A stretch of DNA of 64,000 nucleotides from a virus (IMGVR_UViG_3300042892_003674), one strand, 5' to 3'. Shown: positions 37,710 through 48,027, numbered from the stretch's first letter. The notes: generated by a model not told the origin, from the sequence alone. A program made the numbers and translations.

Positions 37710-39044
37710 ATGAAGCTTTGGACTAAAGGATTTGATACAAATAAAGAGATTGAGAGATTTACGGTAGGTAAAGATCGTGAAATGGATTTGATGATGGCTA
37801 AGTTTGATGTATTTGGATCATTGGCACATATAAAGATGTTGCAGAGTATTAATCTTCTAACTTTAGAAGAACATGATATTCTTAAAAAAGAACTTTTAAT
37901 CATCTTAGATGAGATTAAAAATAATAATTTTCAAATAGAAGAAAATATAGAAGATGTTCATTCACAAGTGGAGCTTCTTCTTACTAGAAGAGTAGGTGAG
38001 ATTGGTAAAAAGATTCATAGTGGTAGATCTAGAAATGACCAAGTTCTTTTAGATTTAAAATTATTTATTCGTGATAAAATAACAGATGTGGTAAAGATAA
38101 GTAATGAACTTTTCAATACACTTATTGAACTTAGTGAAGAGTATAAAGATGTTATGATGCCAGGTTATACTCATTATCAAGTTGCAATGCCATCTTCATT
38201 TGGACTTTGGTTTGCTTGTTGGGCAGAAAGTTTAGTAGATGATATAACACAACTTGAAGCGGCTTATAAAATTACTAATAAGAATCCATTAGGTTCTGCA
38301 GCTGGTTATGGTTCTTCTTTTCCATTAAATAGAACTTTAACAACTGAGTTATTAGGATTTGATACATTAAATTATAATGTTGTTTATGCTCAAATGGGTA
38401 GAGGTAAGGTAGAAAGAATTGTATCACAAGCTCTATCATCAATTGCACAAACTTTAAGTAAGATGTCACAGGATGTATGTTTGTTCACTAATCAAAATTA
38501 TGAATTTATGAAATTACCTAATGAGATTACAACTGGTTCAAGTATTATGCCACATAAGAAAAATCCAGATGTTTTTGAATTAGTAAGAGCGAAGTGTAAT
38601 AAATTAAGTTCACTATCTAATGAAATAACACTAATAACAACTAATTTGTCATCTGGATATCACAGAGATTTACAAATGATTAAAGAAAGTTTTATGCCAG
38701 CATTTGATGATTTAATTGATTGTTTACAAATAAGTAATTACTCACTTAAACAAATCTCAGTAAATAAGGAAATACTTAATGATGATAGATATAAATATTT
38801 ATTCTCAGTTGAAGAGGTGAACAATTTAGTTCTACAAGGTAAAAGTTTTAGAGATGCTTATCGTGAAGTTGGTGATAACATAGAGTCTGGTAAATATGAT
38901 TTTGATAATAAGACAACTAATCATACCCATGAAGGAAGTATTGGGAACTTATGTAATGAACAAATAAGAAATCAAATGCAACTAATAATTGAGAAGTTTA
39001 ATTTTGATAAGGTTGATAAAGCTATAGAAAGTTTATGTAAATAA
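37710..39044 (+). CDS. argH: Argininosuccinate lyase
   Basis: HSGRSRNDQV, PGYTHYQ.AMP, PLGSAAGYG, TGSSIMPHKKNPD, GYHRDLQ, FRDAY. Confidence 0.95.
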   Translation: MKLWTKGFDTNKEIERFTVGKDREMDLMMAKFDVFGSLAHIKMLQSINLLTLEEHDILKKELLIILDEIKNNNFQIEENIEDVHSQVELLLTRRVGEIGKKIHSGRSRNDQVLLDLKLFIRDKITDVVKISNELFNTLIELSEEYKDVMMPGYTHYQVAMPSSFGLWFACWAESLVDDITQLEAAYKITNKNPLGSAAGYGSSFPLNRTLTTELLGFDTLNYNVVYAQMGRGKVERIVSQALSSIAQTLSKMSQDVCLFTNQNYEFMKLPNEITTGSSIMPHKKNPDVFELVRAKCNKLSSLSNEITLITTNLSSGYHRDLQMIKESFMPAFDDLIDCLQISNYSLKQISVNKEILNDDRYKYLFSVEEVNNLVLQGKSFRDAYREVGDNIESGKYDFDNKTTNHTHEGSIGNLCNEQIRNQMQLIIEKFNFDKVDKAIESLCK

Positions 39045-39070
39045 AAAAATCCACCTTAGGGTGGATTTTT
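39043..39070. terminator. Bidirectional terminator
   Basis: AAAAATCCACC-TTA-GGTGGATTTTT. Confidence 0.8.
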
Positions 39071-39074
39071 AATT

Positions 39075-39443
39075 CTATTCATTTAATATCTGATTTAATT
39101 TTTCTTCACGTTCATCTTGTAAGGTATATAACATAACATCTTTATGTTCAACCCAGTTATTTATATAACTATTTTTAGTTCGTACTCTATATTCAAGTTT
39201 ATAACTACTTTTAATACTTGGTATTATGTATCTTTCATTTATATCTATGATAAATCCAATATGATAAAAATCTAACTTAATATCATCAATCTCTAATACA
39301 AACTTAACTTTTACACGATCACCCTTTGAGAACTTTAAATTGTTGTCTGTATTTAAAGACTGCGAGGTCTTTTGCTTTGGCTTCAATCTCTGTATCAAAG
39401 TCAAGACCAAATGTTTTAATTTCTTCATAAATATAATCTGCAT
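39075..39443 (-). CDS. Hypothetical protein with C-terminal tag (REEKLNQIL); start uncertain
   Basis: KFSKGDRVKV...; overlaps the 3' end of uvsE. Confidence 0.55.
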   Translation of the reverse strand: MQIIFMKKLKHLVLTLIQRLKPKQKTSQSLNTDNNLKFSKGDRVKVKFVLEIDDIKLDFYHIGFIIDINERYIIPSIKSSYKLEYRVRTKNSYINNWVEHKDVMLYTLQDEREEKLNQILNE

Positions 39444-40242
39444 GTGCAGTGTTTTTACCTGATGTGTCTTCTAATGTTTTTGGTGAACTCATATGAGTTA
39501 GAACTCTTGTTTTCCAAGTAGAGTGTGCTAGTCTCAATGCTTCTTCCATAGTTTGGTCTTGTGGACCATAGTTATAATGATGTTGGTCAAACGTAATTGG
39601 AATACCGATAACTTGATAAACCCAATCATATAACATTTTAACAGAGTATTGGTTTTGACCATCATCGTTCTCAACAACTAATCTTTTCTTACAAGACTCT
39701 GATAAGTTTTCAAACTCTTTACAAAATCTTTCTGCAGCCAACTCTCTTGTTGGTTGAGTAGTATTGATATGAATGTTGATTGGATAGAATGTAGTTTGGT
39801 CTAATTCCATCAAATCCATAAGTTCTGCGTGTTTATTTAACTCTTTAATAGTTTTCTCTACAACTGATGGATTCTCACTTGCCAGTACATTGAAGGGACC
39901 AGGATGGTACGATACACGTATACCGTGGTCTTTTACTTTCTTACCGATAAGTTTCAAGTAAGTATGAATGGCAGGGAACTTTGGTAGATCACTGAACTCA
40001 TATTCTGACATCCAAGGAAAGGAGTCACTAGACATTCGATAAATGTAAATGTTATTTTTAATATTATACTCTAATAATTTTAAAGTATCTTTTAGATTTT
40101 CAATAACTAACTCTGATACATAAGGAAGTCCTTTTGCATCAAATGTTCTACGAACCATGCCTCGGTTCACTGTTACGAATTCTTTCTTTTTCTTACCTGT
40201 ATTTACTCCCATGGAGATACAACAATAGCCTATATTCTTCAT
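39319..40242 (-). CDS. uvsE: UV-damage endonuclease
   Basis: IGYCC, YRMSS..FP, HPG.F..L.S, INIH, ENDD, FD.HH, AHADY, EAKAKD; TATCTTTG at 40247-40254. Confidence 0.92.
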   Translation of the reverse strand: MKNIGYCCISMGVNTGKKKKEFVTVNRGMVRRTFDAKGLPYVSELVIENLKDTLKLLEYNIKNNIYIYRMSSDSFPWMSEYEFSDLPKFPAIHTYLKLIGKKVKDHGIRVSYHPGPFNVLASENPSVVEKTIKELNKHAELMDLMELDQTTFYPINIHINTTQPTRELAAERFCKEFENLSESCKKRLVVENDDGQNQYSVKMLYDWVYQVIGIPITFDQHHYNYGPQDQTMEEALRLAHSTWKTRVLTHMSSPKTLEDTSGKNTAHADYIYEEIKTFGLDFDTEIEAKAKDLAVFKYRQQFKVLKG

Positions 40243-40387
40243 TTTACAAAGATATAATTTTTTTTAATTTTTTACTATAAAAAATCCTTTTATTTTACTA
40301 GGATTCTATTTTTATTTAGTAGAAAGTTGACATTTTTTTATTTTTTTATTTAATATATAACTATGAAAAAAAAATATCAACCAACCA

Positions 40388-42304
40388 ATGAAAAAAATCT
40401 TAACCTTTATGGTCGGATTATTCTTGTTATGTAGTTTTTCTACATTTGCACAGATTTGTCCTACCGCTCCTGGAACAGGAGTTTATGTTATGTTTGACAG
40501 TACTTACCCAGTCGGGACAATTACTGCAGGAGAAACTCACGTTAGAATGTGTTATGCGAACACTACTTCTACAAAAGTTTCTGGGGTTCAGTTTAGAGTA
40601 TGGTATGACAAAGTAGCTTTCGCAGGTGGAGCTCCAGTCGTAACTTCTTTAAACACAACATTCCCACAAAGTTTACAATATGTTACCAACACTTCTGAAG
40701 GTAGCATAACAATTACAATCGCATACACTGGTAGTTCTTCTACCTTTACTATTCCTGATGGAGCATTATTTGATTTGAAGTTACTTCATACTTCTAACTT
40801 CCAAAACTTTTCAGGAACAAACCCAATTGCTAATATGGCAGTAACTGGTGTAACACCATTTCCAAATGGTGCATCAGATATAAATGGTTTGGATACTAAC
40901 TTAGTAGTTCATAACTACGGTGGGGTTTTACAACAACAAATGTTTGCTTACTCTGGTAACTTCAAAACAGTTACAGGAGCCGGTGCAAAAAACATCCCAG
41001 TTGTATTACAGAAGAAAGCAACTACTGCAACAACTTGGACAGATGTAACAACATTTACTACTGATGTCAATGGTGCTTTCTCATTTAATGAGCCAATTGA
41101 CGTATCTTACTATGATGTAAGAATACACGTTCAAGGTGATGCACTTGACTTTGGTAACATCGTAACGACTGCAGATGCACAAAAAGCAAATGATATTATT
41201 TTAGGCACAACTACTCCAACAGGATTTGATTTCTATTCTGCTGACGTAAATGGTTCTAATACAATTACTATTGCAGACGTTTATTCAATCTTTGGTAGAA
41301 TAGCTGGTAGATTTACTGCTTGGCCAAATAACGTAAAAGATGTTTTATTCTTTAACGAAACTGAATACAATACAATCAATACTTCACCAACAAACTTGAG
41401 ATCTACAATTCCTGGTGTAACTGTATTTGATAAAGTTATTTTACCAGCTGATCCACATACATTAGTAAGTTTCTATGTATTAGGTGCTGGAGATACTAAC
41501 AATACAGGTTTCCAAATGGCTCGTATGATTCCAATTGAAATTGCTAACCCTGCAAATGCTCCTTATCATATTATTGATAAAACTATCGAATTCGATAATG
41601 TAAATCAAGAAATTGAATTAAACTTACCTACCTTAAATAACATTCAAGAAGGTAACTTAATCAATGTTCCTGTAAAAGTACTTTCTGCTAATTACCTATT
41701 AGGTTCTATGCAGTTTGGAGTATGGTATGATCAATCCCTTTTAGAATTTAGAGGGATTGAGAGTACAACATCTGTTTCAAGATGGATGTCTTATACTAAC
41801 CCAGAAGAAAACATTATTGACTGGGGTGGGTATGATGCTTTCGGAGGATTAGACTTAGTTAAAAATAATGATATAGCATTCACATTACAATTTGTTGCAA
41901 AACAACCACAATCTAACTGGGGAACTTCTCCATTAGTAGTTACTCGTAAAGCGGCAGGTGATGCACAATCTCGTGATTTCAATATTAGACCAACTGATGG
42001 TTTAGTAGTAATCAATAGAATAAATAATAGTTCTTTAGTAAGTACAAATGAAATGATTGTTTACCCTAATCCAACCGATGGTGCAGTAACAGTTACTTTC
42101 ACAGTATCAAATGGAACTAGAGCTAACTTAGGATTCTATGACATCAATGGTAGAAAATGTGTTGATGTTATAACTGAGAATTTTCCAAAAGGGAAATATA
42201 GCTATACAGTAGATTTAGGTGAATTACCAACTGGAACATATATTGCAGTTTTAGCACCTGATTCTCAACAACATTTAACTGCGAAAAAAGTAGTTAAACA
42301 ATAA
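40388..42304 (+). CDS. Secreted cohesin/dockerin-containing protein with T9SS type-A C-terminal sorting domain
   Basis: Signal peptide, two cohesin-like domains (QF.VWYD), dockerin-like ADVNGSNTITIAD, CTD VYPNPT...G.Y......KKVVKQ. Confidence 0.8.
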   Translation: MKKILTFMVGLFLLCSFSTFAQICPTAPGTGVYVMFDSTYPVGTITAGETHVRMCYANTTSTKVSGVQFRVWYDKVAFAGGAPVVTSLNTTFPQSLQYVTNTSEGSITITIAYTGSSSTFTIPDGALFDLKLLHTSNFQNFSGTNPIANMAVTGVTPFPNGASDINGLDTNLVVHNYGGVLQQQMFAYSGNFKTVTGAGAKNIPVVLQKKATTATTWTDVTTFTTDVNGAFSFNEPIDVSYYDVRIHVQGDALDFGNIVTTADAQKANDIILGTTTPTGFDFYSADVNGSNTITIADVYSIFGRIAGRFTAWPNNVKDVLFFNETEYNTINTSPTNLRSTIPGVTVFDKVILPADPHTLVSFYVLGAGDTNNTGFQMARMIPIEIANPANAPYHIIDKTIEFDNVNQEIELNLPTLNNIQEGNLINVPVKVLSANYLLGSMQFGVWYDQSLLEFRGIESTTSVSRWMSYTNPEENIIDWGGYDAFGGLDLVKNNDIAFTLQFVAKQPQSNWGTSPLVVTRKAAGDAQSRDFNIRPTDGLVVINRINNSSLVSTNEMIVYPNPTDGAVTVTFTVSNGTRANLGFYDINGRKCVDVITENFPKGKYSYTVDLGELPTGTYIAVLAPDSQQHLTAKKVVKQ

Positions 42305-42320
42305 AAAAAATAAAATAAAT

Positions 42321-42677
42321 ATGAGTTTAAAATCATTTTTTGGTGGCGACAGTGAGTATGTAAAAGTAGATGATAAAAATCGCTTTTACTTTATGTTACA
42401 ACAAATGCAATCAAATCGTTGGAGAATTACTGCGATAGTATTAGGTTTATTCTTTATGATTATATTAGGAATAAATTCTGGTATATTCTTTGGAGTAACA
42501 GTAGGAGAAGATTGGAAAGAATTATTACTTATCCTTTTAGGTGCATTCGTAGGAAATCTTAATAAAGTAGTTGACTATTGGTTCAACTCTGAAGATAGAG
42601 ATAAAATGCTTATTCAAAAGGTAGATGAAGAAGATGGTGTTACATTATCTAACACAATGTCTACAGAAGAACAATAA
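42321..42677 (+). CDS. Two-TM membrane protein
   Basis: Two hydrophobic segments, then VVDYWF.S. Confidence 0.7.
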   Translation: MSLKSFFGGDSEYVKVDDKNRFYFMLQQMQSNRWRITAIVLGLFFMIILGINSGIFFGVTVGEDWKELLLILLGAFVGNLNKVVDYWFNSEDRDKMLIQKVDEEDGVTLSNTMSTEEQ

Positions 42678-42694
42678 AAAAAAAATAGAAAATT

Positions 42695-43015
42695 ATGTCA
42701 GAAGAAACACAAGATCACAATGATGGATCATGGTCAGGATTAAAGAAAACAATAATCGGTGGATTAACAACTTTAATCACTGCAGGTGGAGTTTGGGTAT
42801 CAACTCAATTATTTGGTGGACAATCAGAAGATGAAGATAAACCAAAAACAGAAGTTGCTGCACCAGCACCAGTTGTAGTTAACTTAACTAACAACAACAC
42901 AAATCAACAAAAACAACAAGGTGGTGGTACAACAACCATCATTAAAGAAAAAACTGTTGAAAAGGCAGCACCAGCTGCGGCACCAGCCAAACCTAAAGAG
43001 GAAGACCCTTGGTAA
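42695..43015 (+). CDS. Single-TM protein with low-complexity tail
   Basis: TIIGGLTTLITAGGVWV followed by a Q/N/P/A-rich region. Confidence 0.7.
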   Translation: MSEETQDHNDGSWSGLKKTIIGGLTTLITAGGVWVSTQLFGGQSEDEDKPKTEVAAPAPVVVNLTNNNTNQQKQQGGGTTTIIKEKTVEKAAPAAAPAKPKEEDPW

Positions 43016-43026
43016 AAACCAAAAAT

Positions 43027-43060
43027 AAAAAGGGATGGTTTTAAATCATCTCTTTTTTTT
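43027..43060 (+). terminator. Intrinsic terminator/attenuator inside the envelope operon
   Basis: AAAAGGGATGGTTT-TA-AATCATCTCTTTTTTTT. Confidence 0.55.
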
Positions 43061-43081
43061 TCTAAAAAATAAAAAAATGTA

Positions 43082-43789
43082 ATGAAAAACCTATTATTTA
43101 TAATATTTTCTCTTATAGGATTCTCAGCGAGTGCTCAGGTAATTGGTAGTACCAAAACTGAGTCATATCAAGCAGAATTTGAGAAAAAACAATCTATCAA
43201 TGTAGTTGCAGACTATGATGGTGAACCAATACCAGTACAAGTACTTTCAATTGGTATTAATGATGATGTTTATGCTATGTACCCAGAACTTAAAGATAAG
43301 AGAGTTGGATTGGGGGTAGCAAACATTGTATTAGAATATTTAGAGATGACAAATCGTTTTGTATTCACAGAAGATAAAAATGAAATCAAACAAAAGATGA
43401 TTGCACAAGATAAGGCATCTGCAAAGGGTATATCATCAAATGAGATTAAAGTAAAGGGTAATGTCCTTTTAGCAAAATACTTTGTTTATATCGAAGTGTA
43501 TGACTTCTCAGTATCAGATGAAGAAGAACTTACTGTTGGTTCCGCGGAGTTAAAACAAAAAACTATTCTTGGTCTTCAAGTTAGATTTGTTGATGCACAA
43601 ACTGGTGAAGTTATTACTGGTTCCGGTACAAGTGAAGCTCTTACTATAAAGAAGGCAACCTTACTTGATGGTGTTGATGAAGTTAAATTCAATCAGTCAA
43701 CTATTGGTATTACAACAAAGAAATCTCTTGAGACTGCGGCATCAAGAATTATATCAAAAATGATTAAAAAAGGGGTATTTACTAAATAA
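43082..43789 (+). CDS. CsgG/HfaB-like outer-membrane secretion pore protein
   Basis: Signal peptide; G.G....EYL..TNRF, A.YFV...V.DF, LQVRFVDA.TGEVI..SG. Confidence 0.7.
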   Translation: MKNLLFIIFSLIGFSASAQVIGSTKTESYQAEFEKKQSINVVADYDGEPIPVQVLSIGINDDVYAMYPELKDKRVGLGVANIVLEYLEMTNRFVFTEDKNEIKQKMIAQDKASAKGISSNEIKVKGNVLLAKYFVYIEVYDFSVSDEEELTVGSAELKQKTILGLQVRFVDAQTGEVITGSGTSEALTIKKATLLDGVDEVKFNQSTIGITTKKSLETAASRIISKMIKKGVFTK

Positions 43790-45726
43790 TGAAAAAATTA
43801 CTAACATTACTTTTAATACTAATTAGTTTAGCTACATATTCACAAAGTAGTTATCAATATTCTTATATCGAACCTTGTTCTGGTAAGTTAAAGTCATTGA
43901 CTGTACCTATTGGTGCACAGGGTAGTAATGTAACAGTTAATTATTTTGGATATGTAAATACTTTTAATAGTGTTGATTTTAATAATGGTGTATTCCAAAG
44001 TTGGATGAATAATATTGCAGGAAATAATACGGGTCGACCATGTGATCAGATAGCAACTATTTTAACAAATAATATAAATATGACTGTTACTCAAAATGTT
44101 ATAACTACTGTTGTAAATGTCGCATCTATAACAAATATGATGAGTGATGTCTTATCAGATGTTACAGGTAGTGCAATGTCTAGTAACCTAGCAAATGCAT
44201 TAGATAATAGTGAGAATAGTGAGTCATCATCTAAAGATAGTAAGAAGAAATCAACTTCTGGTTCTGTTTCAGCTAATGGTTCAGCTAATGGTTCAGCTAA
44301 TGGTTCAGCTAATGGTTCAGCTAATGGTTCAGCTAATGGTTCAGCTAATGGTTCAGCTAATGGTTCTACTTCTGGTGGTTCAACTAATGGTTCAACTAAT
44401 GGTTCAACTAATGGTTCAACTACTTCTGGTTCAACTACTTCTGGTGGTTCTACTTCTGGTGGTTCTACTTCTGGTTCAACTACTTCTGGTTCAACTACTT
44501 CTGGTGGTTCTACTTCTGGTTCAACTACTTCTGGTTCAACTACTTCTGGTGGTTCTACTTCTGGTTCAACTACTTCTGGTTCAACTACTTCTGGTTCTAC
44601 TTCTGGTGGTTCAGCTAATGGTTCAGCTAATGGTTCTACTTCTGGTGGTTCAGCTAATGGTTCAGCTAATGGTTCTACTTCTGGTGGTTCAGCTAATGGT
44701 TCGGCTAATGGTTCGGCTAATGGTTCTACTTCTGGTGGTTCAGCTAATGGTGGTTCTACTTCTGGTGGTTCTACTTCTGGTGGTTCAGCTAATGGTGGTT
44801 CAGCTAATGGTGGTTCTACTTCTGGTGGTTCTACTTCTGGTGGTTCTACTTCTGGTTCAACTAATGGAACTGGAGTTACGACTCAAGGTAGTAGTGGAAG
44901 TGGTAGTGGAGCTACCGCAAATGCAGTTTCAAATGCAGAAGGTAACTCTAGTGGTGATACTAAAGATGATAAGGATAAAAATACATCAACAAGTTCAAGT
45001 TCTGGTACAACATCAGTGGCAGTTGCCAACGCAGAAGAGAATTCAGGTGGTGATGGAGGAAAAGGTAATAAGAGTGAGAAGAAGACTGGTTCGATGATTG
45101 GAACAGGTGATATTGTTGTAATGAAAAGTGCGGAAGATCCTACTGCTAAAAATCAGTTTAGGTTTACTAGTTCAATGACAAAGGCAAATACTGATAATAC
45201 ACGTGTTAAAGGGGTATTAGTCAATTTTACATCAGTTGTGAATAATACTAATATAACCTTCTATAAAGCTTGGGTATTTAAGAAATCTAAACTAACATTT
45301 ATTGCAGCAAATTCATCAATGATGAACTTTGAAAAAGACTTTTTTAATACTACTACATTAGTATTATCTAAAAGGTATAAGGGTAATTGGAAAAAACTTA
45401 CTACAATGGCAGGTTTAAACTATACTGCTGGTAAGTATGGTGATGCAAGCTTTATGAATGTATCTGCAATTGGTGGTGGTTTTTACTCATATAATATAAA
45501 TAAAAAAATATCAGGTTCTGTACTAATTATTGGAGTTTACTCTCCATTTACACAATTTTATGATGGTAGATGGTGGGATAGTAGTACACTTATCGTTCCT
45601 TATTCTACTTGGGATTATAAAATAACAAAAACATTTAAGTTTAATGTTAGTTTCTCAGGAGTATATGAAATGAATAAAAGCATGTTAAACTATCAAGTTT
45701 TAACAGGTGGAAAAATAATGTTTTAA
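43789..45726 (+). CDS. Exported protein with long S/G/T/N repeat and probable C-terminal beta-barrel
   Basis: Signal peptide; SANG/STSGG repeats; amphipathic beta strands ending in a terminal Phe (GGKIMF). Confidence 0.7.
   Translation: MKKLLTLLLILISLATYSQSSYQYSYIEPCSGKLKSLTVPIGAQGSNVTVNYFGYVNTFNSVDFNNGVFQSWMNNIAGNNTGRPCDQIATILTNNINMTVTQNVITTVVNVASITNMMSDVLSDVTGSAMSSNLANALDNSENSESSSKDSKKKSTSGSVSANGSANGSANGSANGSANGSANGSANGSANGSTSGGSTNGSTNGSTNGSTTSGSTTSGGSTSGGSTSGSTTSGSTTSGGSTSGSTTSGSTTSGGSTSGSTTSGSTTSGSTSGGSANGSANGSTSGGSANGSANGSTSGGSANGSANGSANGSTSGGSANGGSTSGGSTSGGSANGGSANGGSTSGGSTSGGSTSGSTNGTGVTTQGSSGSGSGATANAVSNAEGNSSGDTKDDKDKNTSTSSSSGTTSVAVANAEENSGGDGGKGNKSEKKTGSMIGTGDIVVMKSAEDPTAKNQFRFTSSMTKANTDNTRVKGVLVNFTSVVNNTNITFYKAWVFKKSKLTFIAANSSMMNFEKDFFNTTTLVLSKRYKGNWKKLTTMAGLNYTAGKYGDASFMNVSAIGGGFYSYNINKKISGSVLIIGVYSPFTQFYDGRWWDSSTLIVPYSTWDYKITKTFKFNVSFSGVYEMNKSMLNYQVLTGGKIMF
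44269..44866. repeat. Coding microsatellite array (TCAGCTAATGGT / TCTACTTCTGGTGGT units)
   Basis: Directly visible 12- and 15-bp units over about 600 bp. Confidence 0.95.
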
Positions 45727-45728
45727 GT

Positions 45729-46175
45729 ATGAAAAATTTAATAATAATTTTAGTTGCTATAACTCTAATGGGGTTTACAAAACCTTGTTATAAGGTTACT
45801 GAAATTAAGTCGTCAGTTGATGCACCAGAAATGAAGAAAGAAAGAGTAGTTTTTGGTATTAGACAAATCACAGAAGAGATTATGTCAGAAAACTTTACTA
45901 TTTGTGAGGATGGTAAACCAATTGTTGTTGAAATAGTTAGTATCGAAGCACCAACTGTTGGTATGTCAATTGGTCCATTTATGAAAGTTAGTAAAGATAC
46001 AGAGGTTAAAGTTAAAATAACAAAGGATGGTGAAGATTTTGAGGGAGTTGGTAGAGCCAAAACATCGGTAACTGCAACATTTATTGATCTAAATGATGAG
46101 AATCTACCATTTAACAAAACTTCATTCGCGGGAGCATTAAAAAAAAGTATAGAAGATGCAGTTTATAAAATGTAA
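45729..46175 (+). CDS. Exported protein of the envelope operon (possibly CsgG accessory)
   Basis: N-terminal signal-like segment; C-terminus echoes that of the CsgG-like protein (FN.TS...ALKKS.E.A). Confidence 0.6.
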   Translation: MKNLIIILVAITLMGFTKPCYKVTEIKSSVDAPEMKKERVVFGIRQITEEIMSENFTICEDGKPIVVEIVSIEAPTVGMSIGPFMKVSKDTEVKVKITKDGEDFEGVGRAKTSVTATFIDLNDENLPFNKTSFAGALKKSIEDAVYKM

Positions 46176-46647
46176 ATTATTTTTAATATGTTTTATTCTA
46201 TTTTATTCTAGTTTAAACGCACAAATTAAAATAGATAAAGCGGGAGATTTCTGGGATCTAGAGATACAAAGATCACTTGATAAGATTAAGATAGTTGATC
46301 CATTTATTTATGACTTCGTAGAATCAAATGTAGATAGAATTAGCGTTTGGAATGGTAATATCAATACTATTCATATGATTGATGGGAAAAGAGTTATTGT
46401 AATATCTTCTAAAAATTTTGGTAGAGGTTCTATAAATAATCTAGCATCAACAATTATTCATGAGGCGTATCATATTGCACATATCCCTGATAATAATAAT
46501 GTTTGTATTGAAGAAATGAACGCTTACTTATTTGAGTTAACTTTTTTATTTAAAATAGAAGATGTTGAACCTTGGTTAATTGAGTTTGTTTATGATAAAG
46601 CTATGTATTATAGATTAAAGGTAGAAAAAGGTACTTGTGATAAGTAA
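46156..46647 (+). CDS. Secreted HExxH metallopeptidase-like protein
   Basis: Signal peptide, IIHEAYH...EE..AY. Confidence 0.6.
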   Translation: MQFIKCKLFLICFILFYSSLNAQIKIDKAGDFWDLEIQRSLDKIKIVDPFIYDFVESNVDRISVWNGNINTIHMIDGKRVIVISSKNFGRGSINNLASTIIHEAYHIAHIPDNNNVCIEEMNAYLFELTFLFKIEDVEPWLIEFVYDKAMYYRLKVEKGTCDK

Positions 46648-46657
46648 TATATAGTAT

Positions 46658-46930
46658 ATGAAACATTTAAAAACTTTTGAAGGATTCGGATATTCAGATG
46701 ATGAATATCAATCAGAAGTTATTTCTATATTAAAAAAATTTAATTTGAGACCGATTGAAATAAATAATCTCATAGATTTTTATTCAGAGATGATGTTAGA
46801 ATATGAAGATAGTGGTAAAGTACCTCAAGTATTCGTAAATGATATACAAGATAAGATAGGATTAGGACAAGGTGGTTATTCAACAATTATAATGCCACCA
46901 AAGCCAAATACATCAATAAAAAATTTATAA
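46658..46930 (+). CDS. Small protein with MKHLKTFE motif
   Basis: Preceded by TAATATATA. Confidence 0.7.
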   Translation: MKHLKTFEGFGYSDDEYQSEVISILKKFNLRPIEINNLIDFYSEMMLEYEDSGKVPQVFVNDIQDKIGLGQGGYSTIIMPPKPNTSIKNL

Positions 46931-46934
46931 TAAG

Positions 46935-47501
46935 ATGAAGATAGTTAAATATACAGAATTTATTCTTGAGACAACTGATACAATTGAAAATTATAGTAAC
47001 TCGTTATTGGGTGTTTTAAAGAATAAGATTGATAAGATGTTTATCTTTGAGACTGAACCGGAAGAAGGTTCAGAGCAAGAACAAATGACTATTAAAAAAG
47101 CAAAGTTTTCTTCTAATAAAGATAAGAATAAACCAACATTTAAAGAGTTTGGTGTTAGATTGGATAGTTCTGAGATTTCAAATAGAAATACTTGTTTAAC
47201 TATTAAGTTTTCTGATGATGAAAATTCATATTCGATCTTTATAAAGGTAGATACTGCTGAAGTTGCACAAGATATTGCGGCATTTCCAAAAGAGGATAAT
47301 AAAGATTTTAGTATAGAAGACATCAAAAAGTGTCATGTAACTCTTAAAAAGTATAATATAGATACATTTGAAATAGTTGGTCAGCTAGATAAAAATGTAG
47401 ATGTCAAGTCTTTAGATGAAGAATATTTAATCAATCTTAAAATTGAATTAGATGATATGTTTGAAGATGAAGAGGAAAAATTTGAAATAGAAACTAAATA
47501 G
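46935..47501 (+). CDS. Acidic protein with MKIVKYTEFILE motif
   Basis: 188 aa ORF. Confidence 0.7.
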   Translation: MKIVKYTEFILETTDTIENYSNSLLGVLKNKIDKMFIFETEPEEGSEQEQMTIKKAKFSSNKDKNKPTFKEFGVRLDSSEISNRNTCLTIKFSDDENSYSIFIKVDTAEVAQDIAAFPKEDNKDFSIEDIKKCHVTLKKYNIDTFEIVGQLDKNVDVKSLDEEYLINLKIELDDMFEDEEEKFEIETK

Positions 47502-47529
47502 GAAACATGTTTATTTTAATAAATAAATT

Positions 47530-48027
47530 ATGTTAAGTATAGTATCAAATTTCCAAGTTCTACAAAGTTTTAAAAATTCTAGATATTTTCGAGTTAGTCT
47601 TGGATTAGTTCCTACTGTAGAAAAAAATGGCTCACGTATTTATAATGATAAAGATAAGTTTGCAAAGTTTTATAACATGCAATATAATACTACAATTTAT
47701 GGACAAGGAAATGTCGGTGATATAAGATTTTATGTAGACCATTATATAAAAGGTACATCGTTTGCAGTTTACACAGAAGATTTACAAGAGTTTTTATTTG
47801 AATTAGATACTTTATTGATAAGAGATAAGGGTATTGAGTTTTATTTAGGACATATTTTGAAGACAGTTGAAGAAGAGTATGAAGCAAGAGTTCTAGCAAA
47901 TGAACTTAAAAAGATAGAAGAAAAACCAGTAGGATACTCAGAGAAAATATTTACCAACCCAGGTAATGTAAATTATGAAGATTTGAAAGCTTATCTTGCA
48001 GAAAAGAATAAAAATAGATATTTATAA
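47530..48027 (+). CDS. Hypothetical protein
   Basis: 165 aa ORF. Confidence 0.65.
   Translation: MLSIVSNFQVLQSFKNSRYFRVSLGLVPTVEKNGSRIYNDKDKFAKFYNMQYNTTIYGQGNVGDIRFYVDHYIKGTSFAVYTEDLQEFLFELDTLLIRDKGIEFYLGHILKTVEEEYEARVLANELKKIEEKPVGYSEKIFTNPGNVNYEDLKAYLAEKNKNRYL

Noticed and set aside
44210-45097. 295-aa L/V/Q/M-rich ORF
   Set aside because: It is an alternative-frame shadow of the SANG/STSGG microsatellite in 43789..45726.
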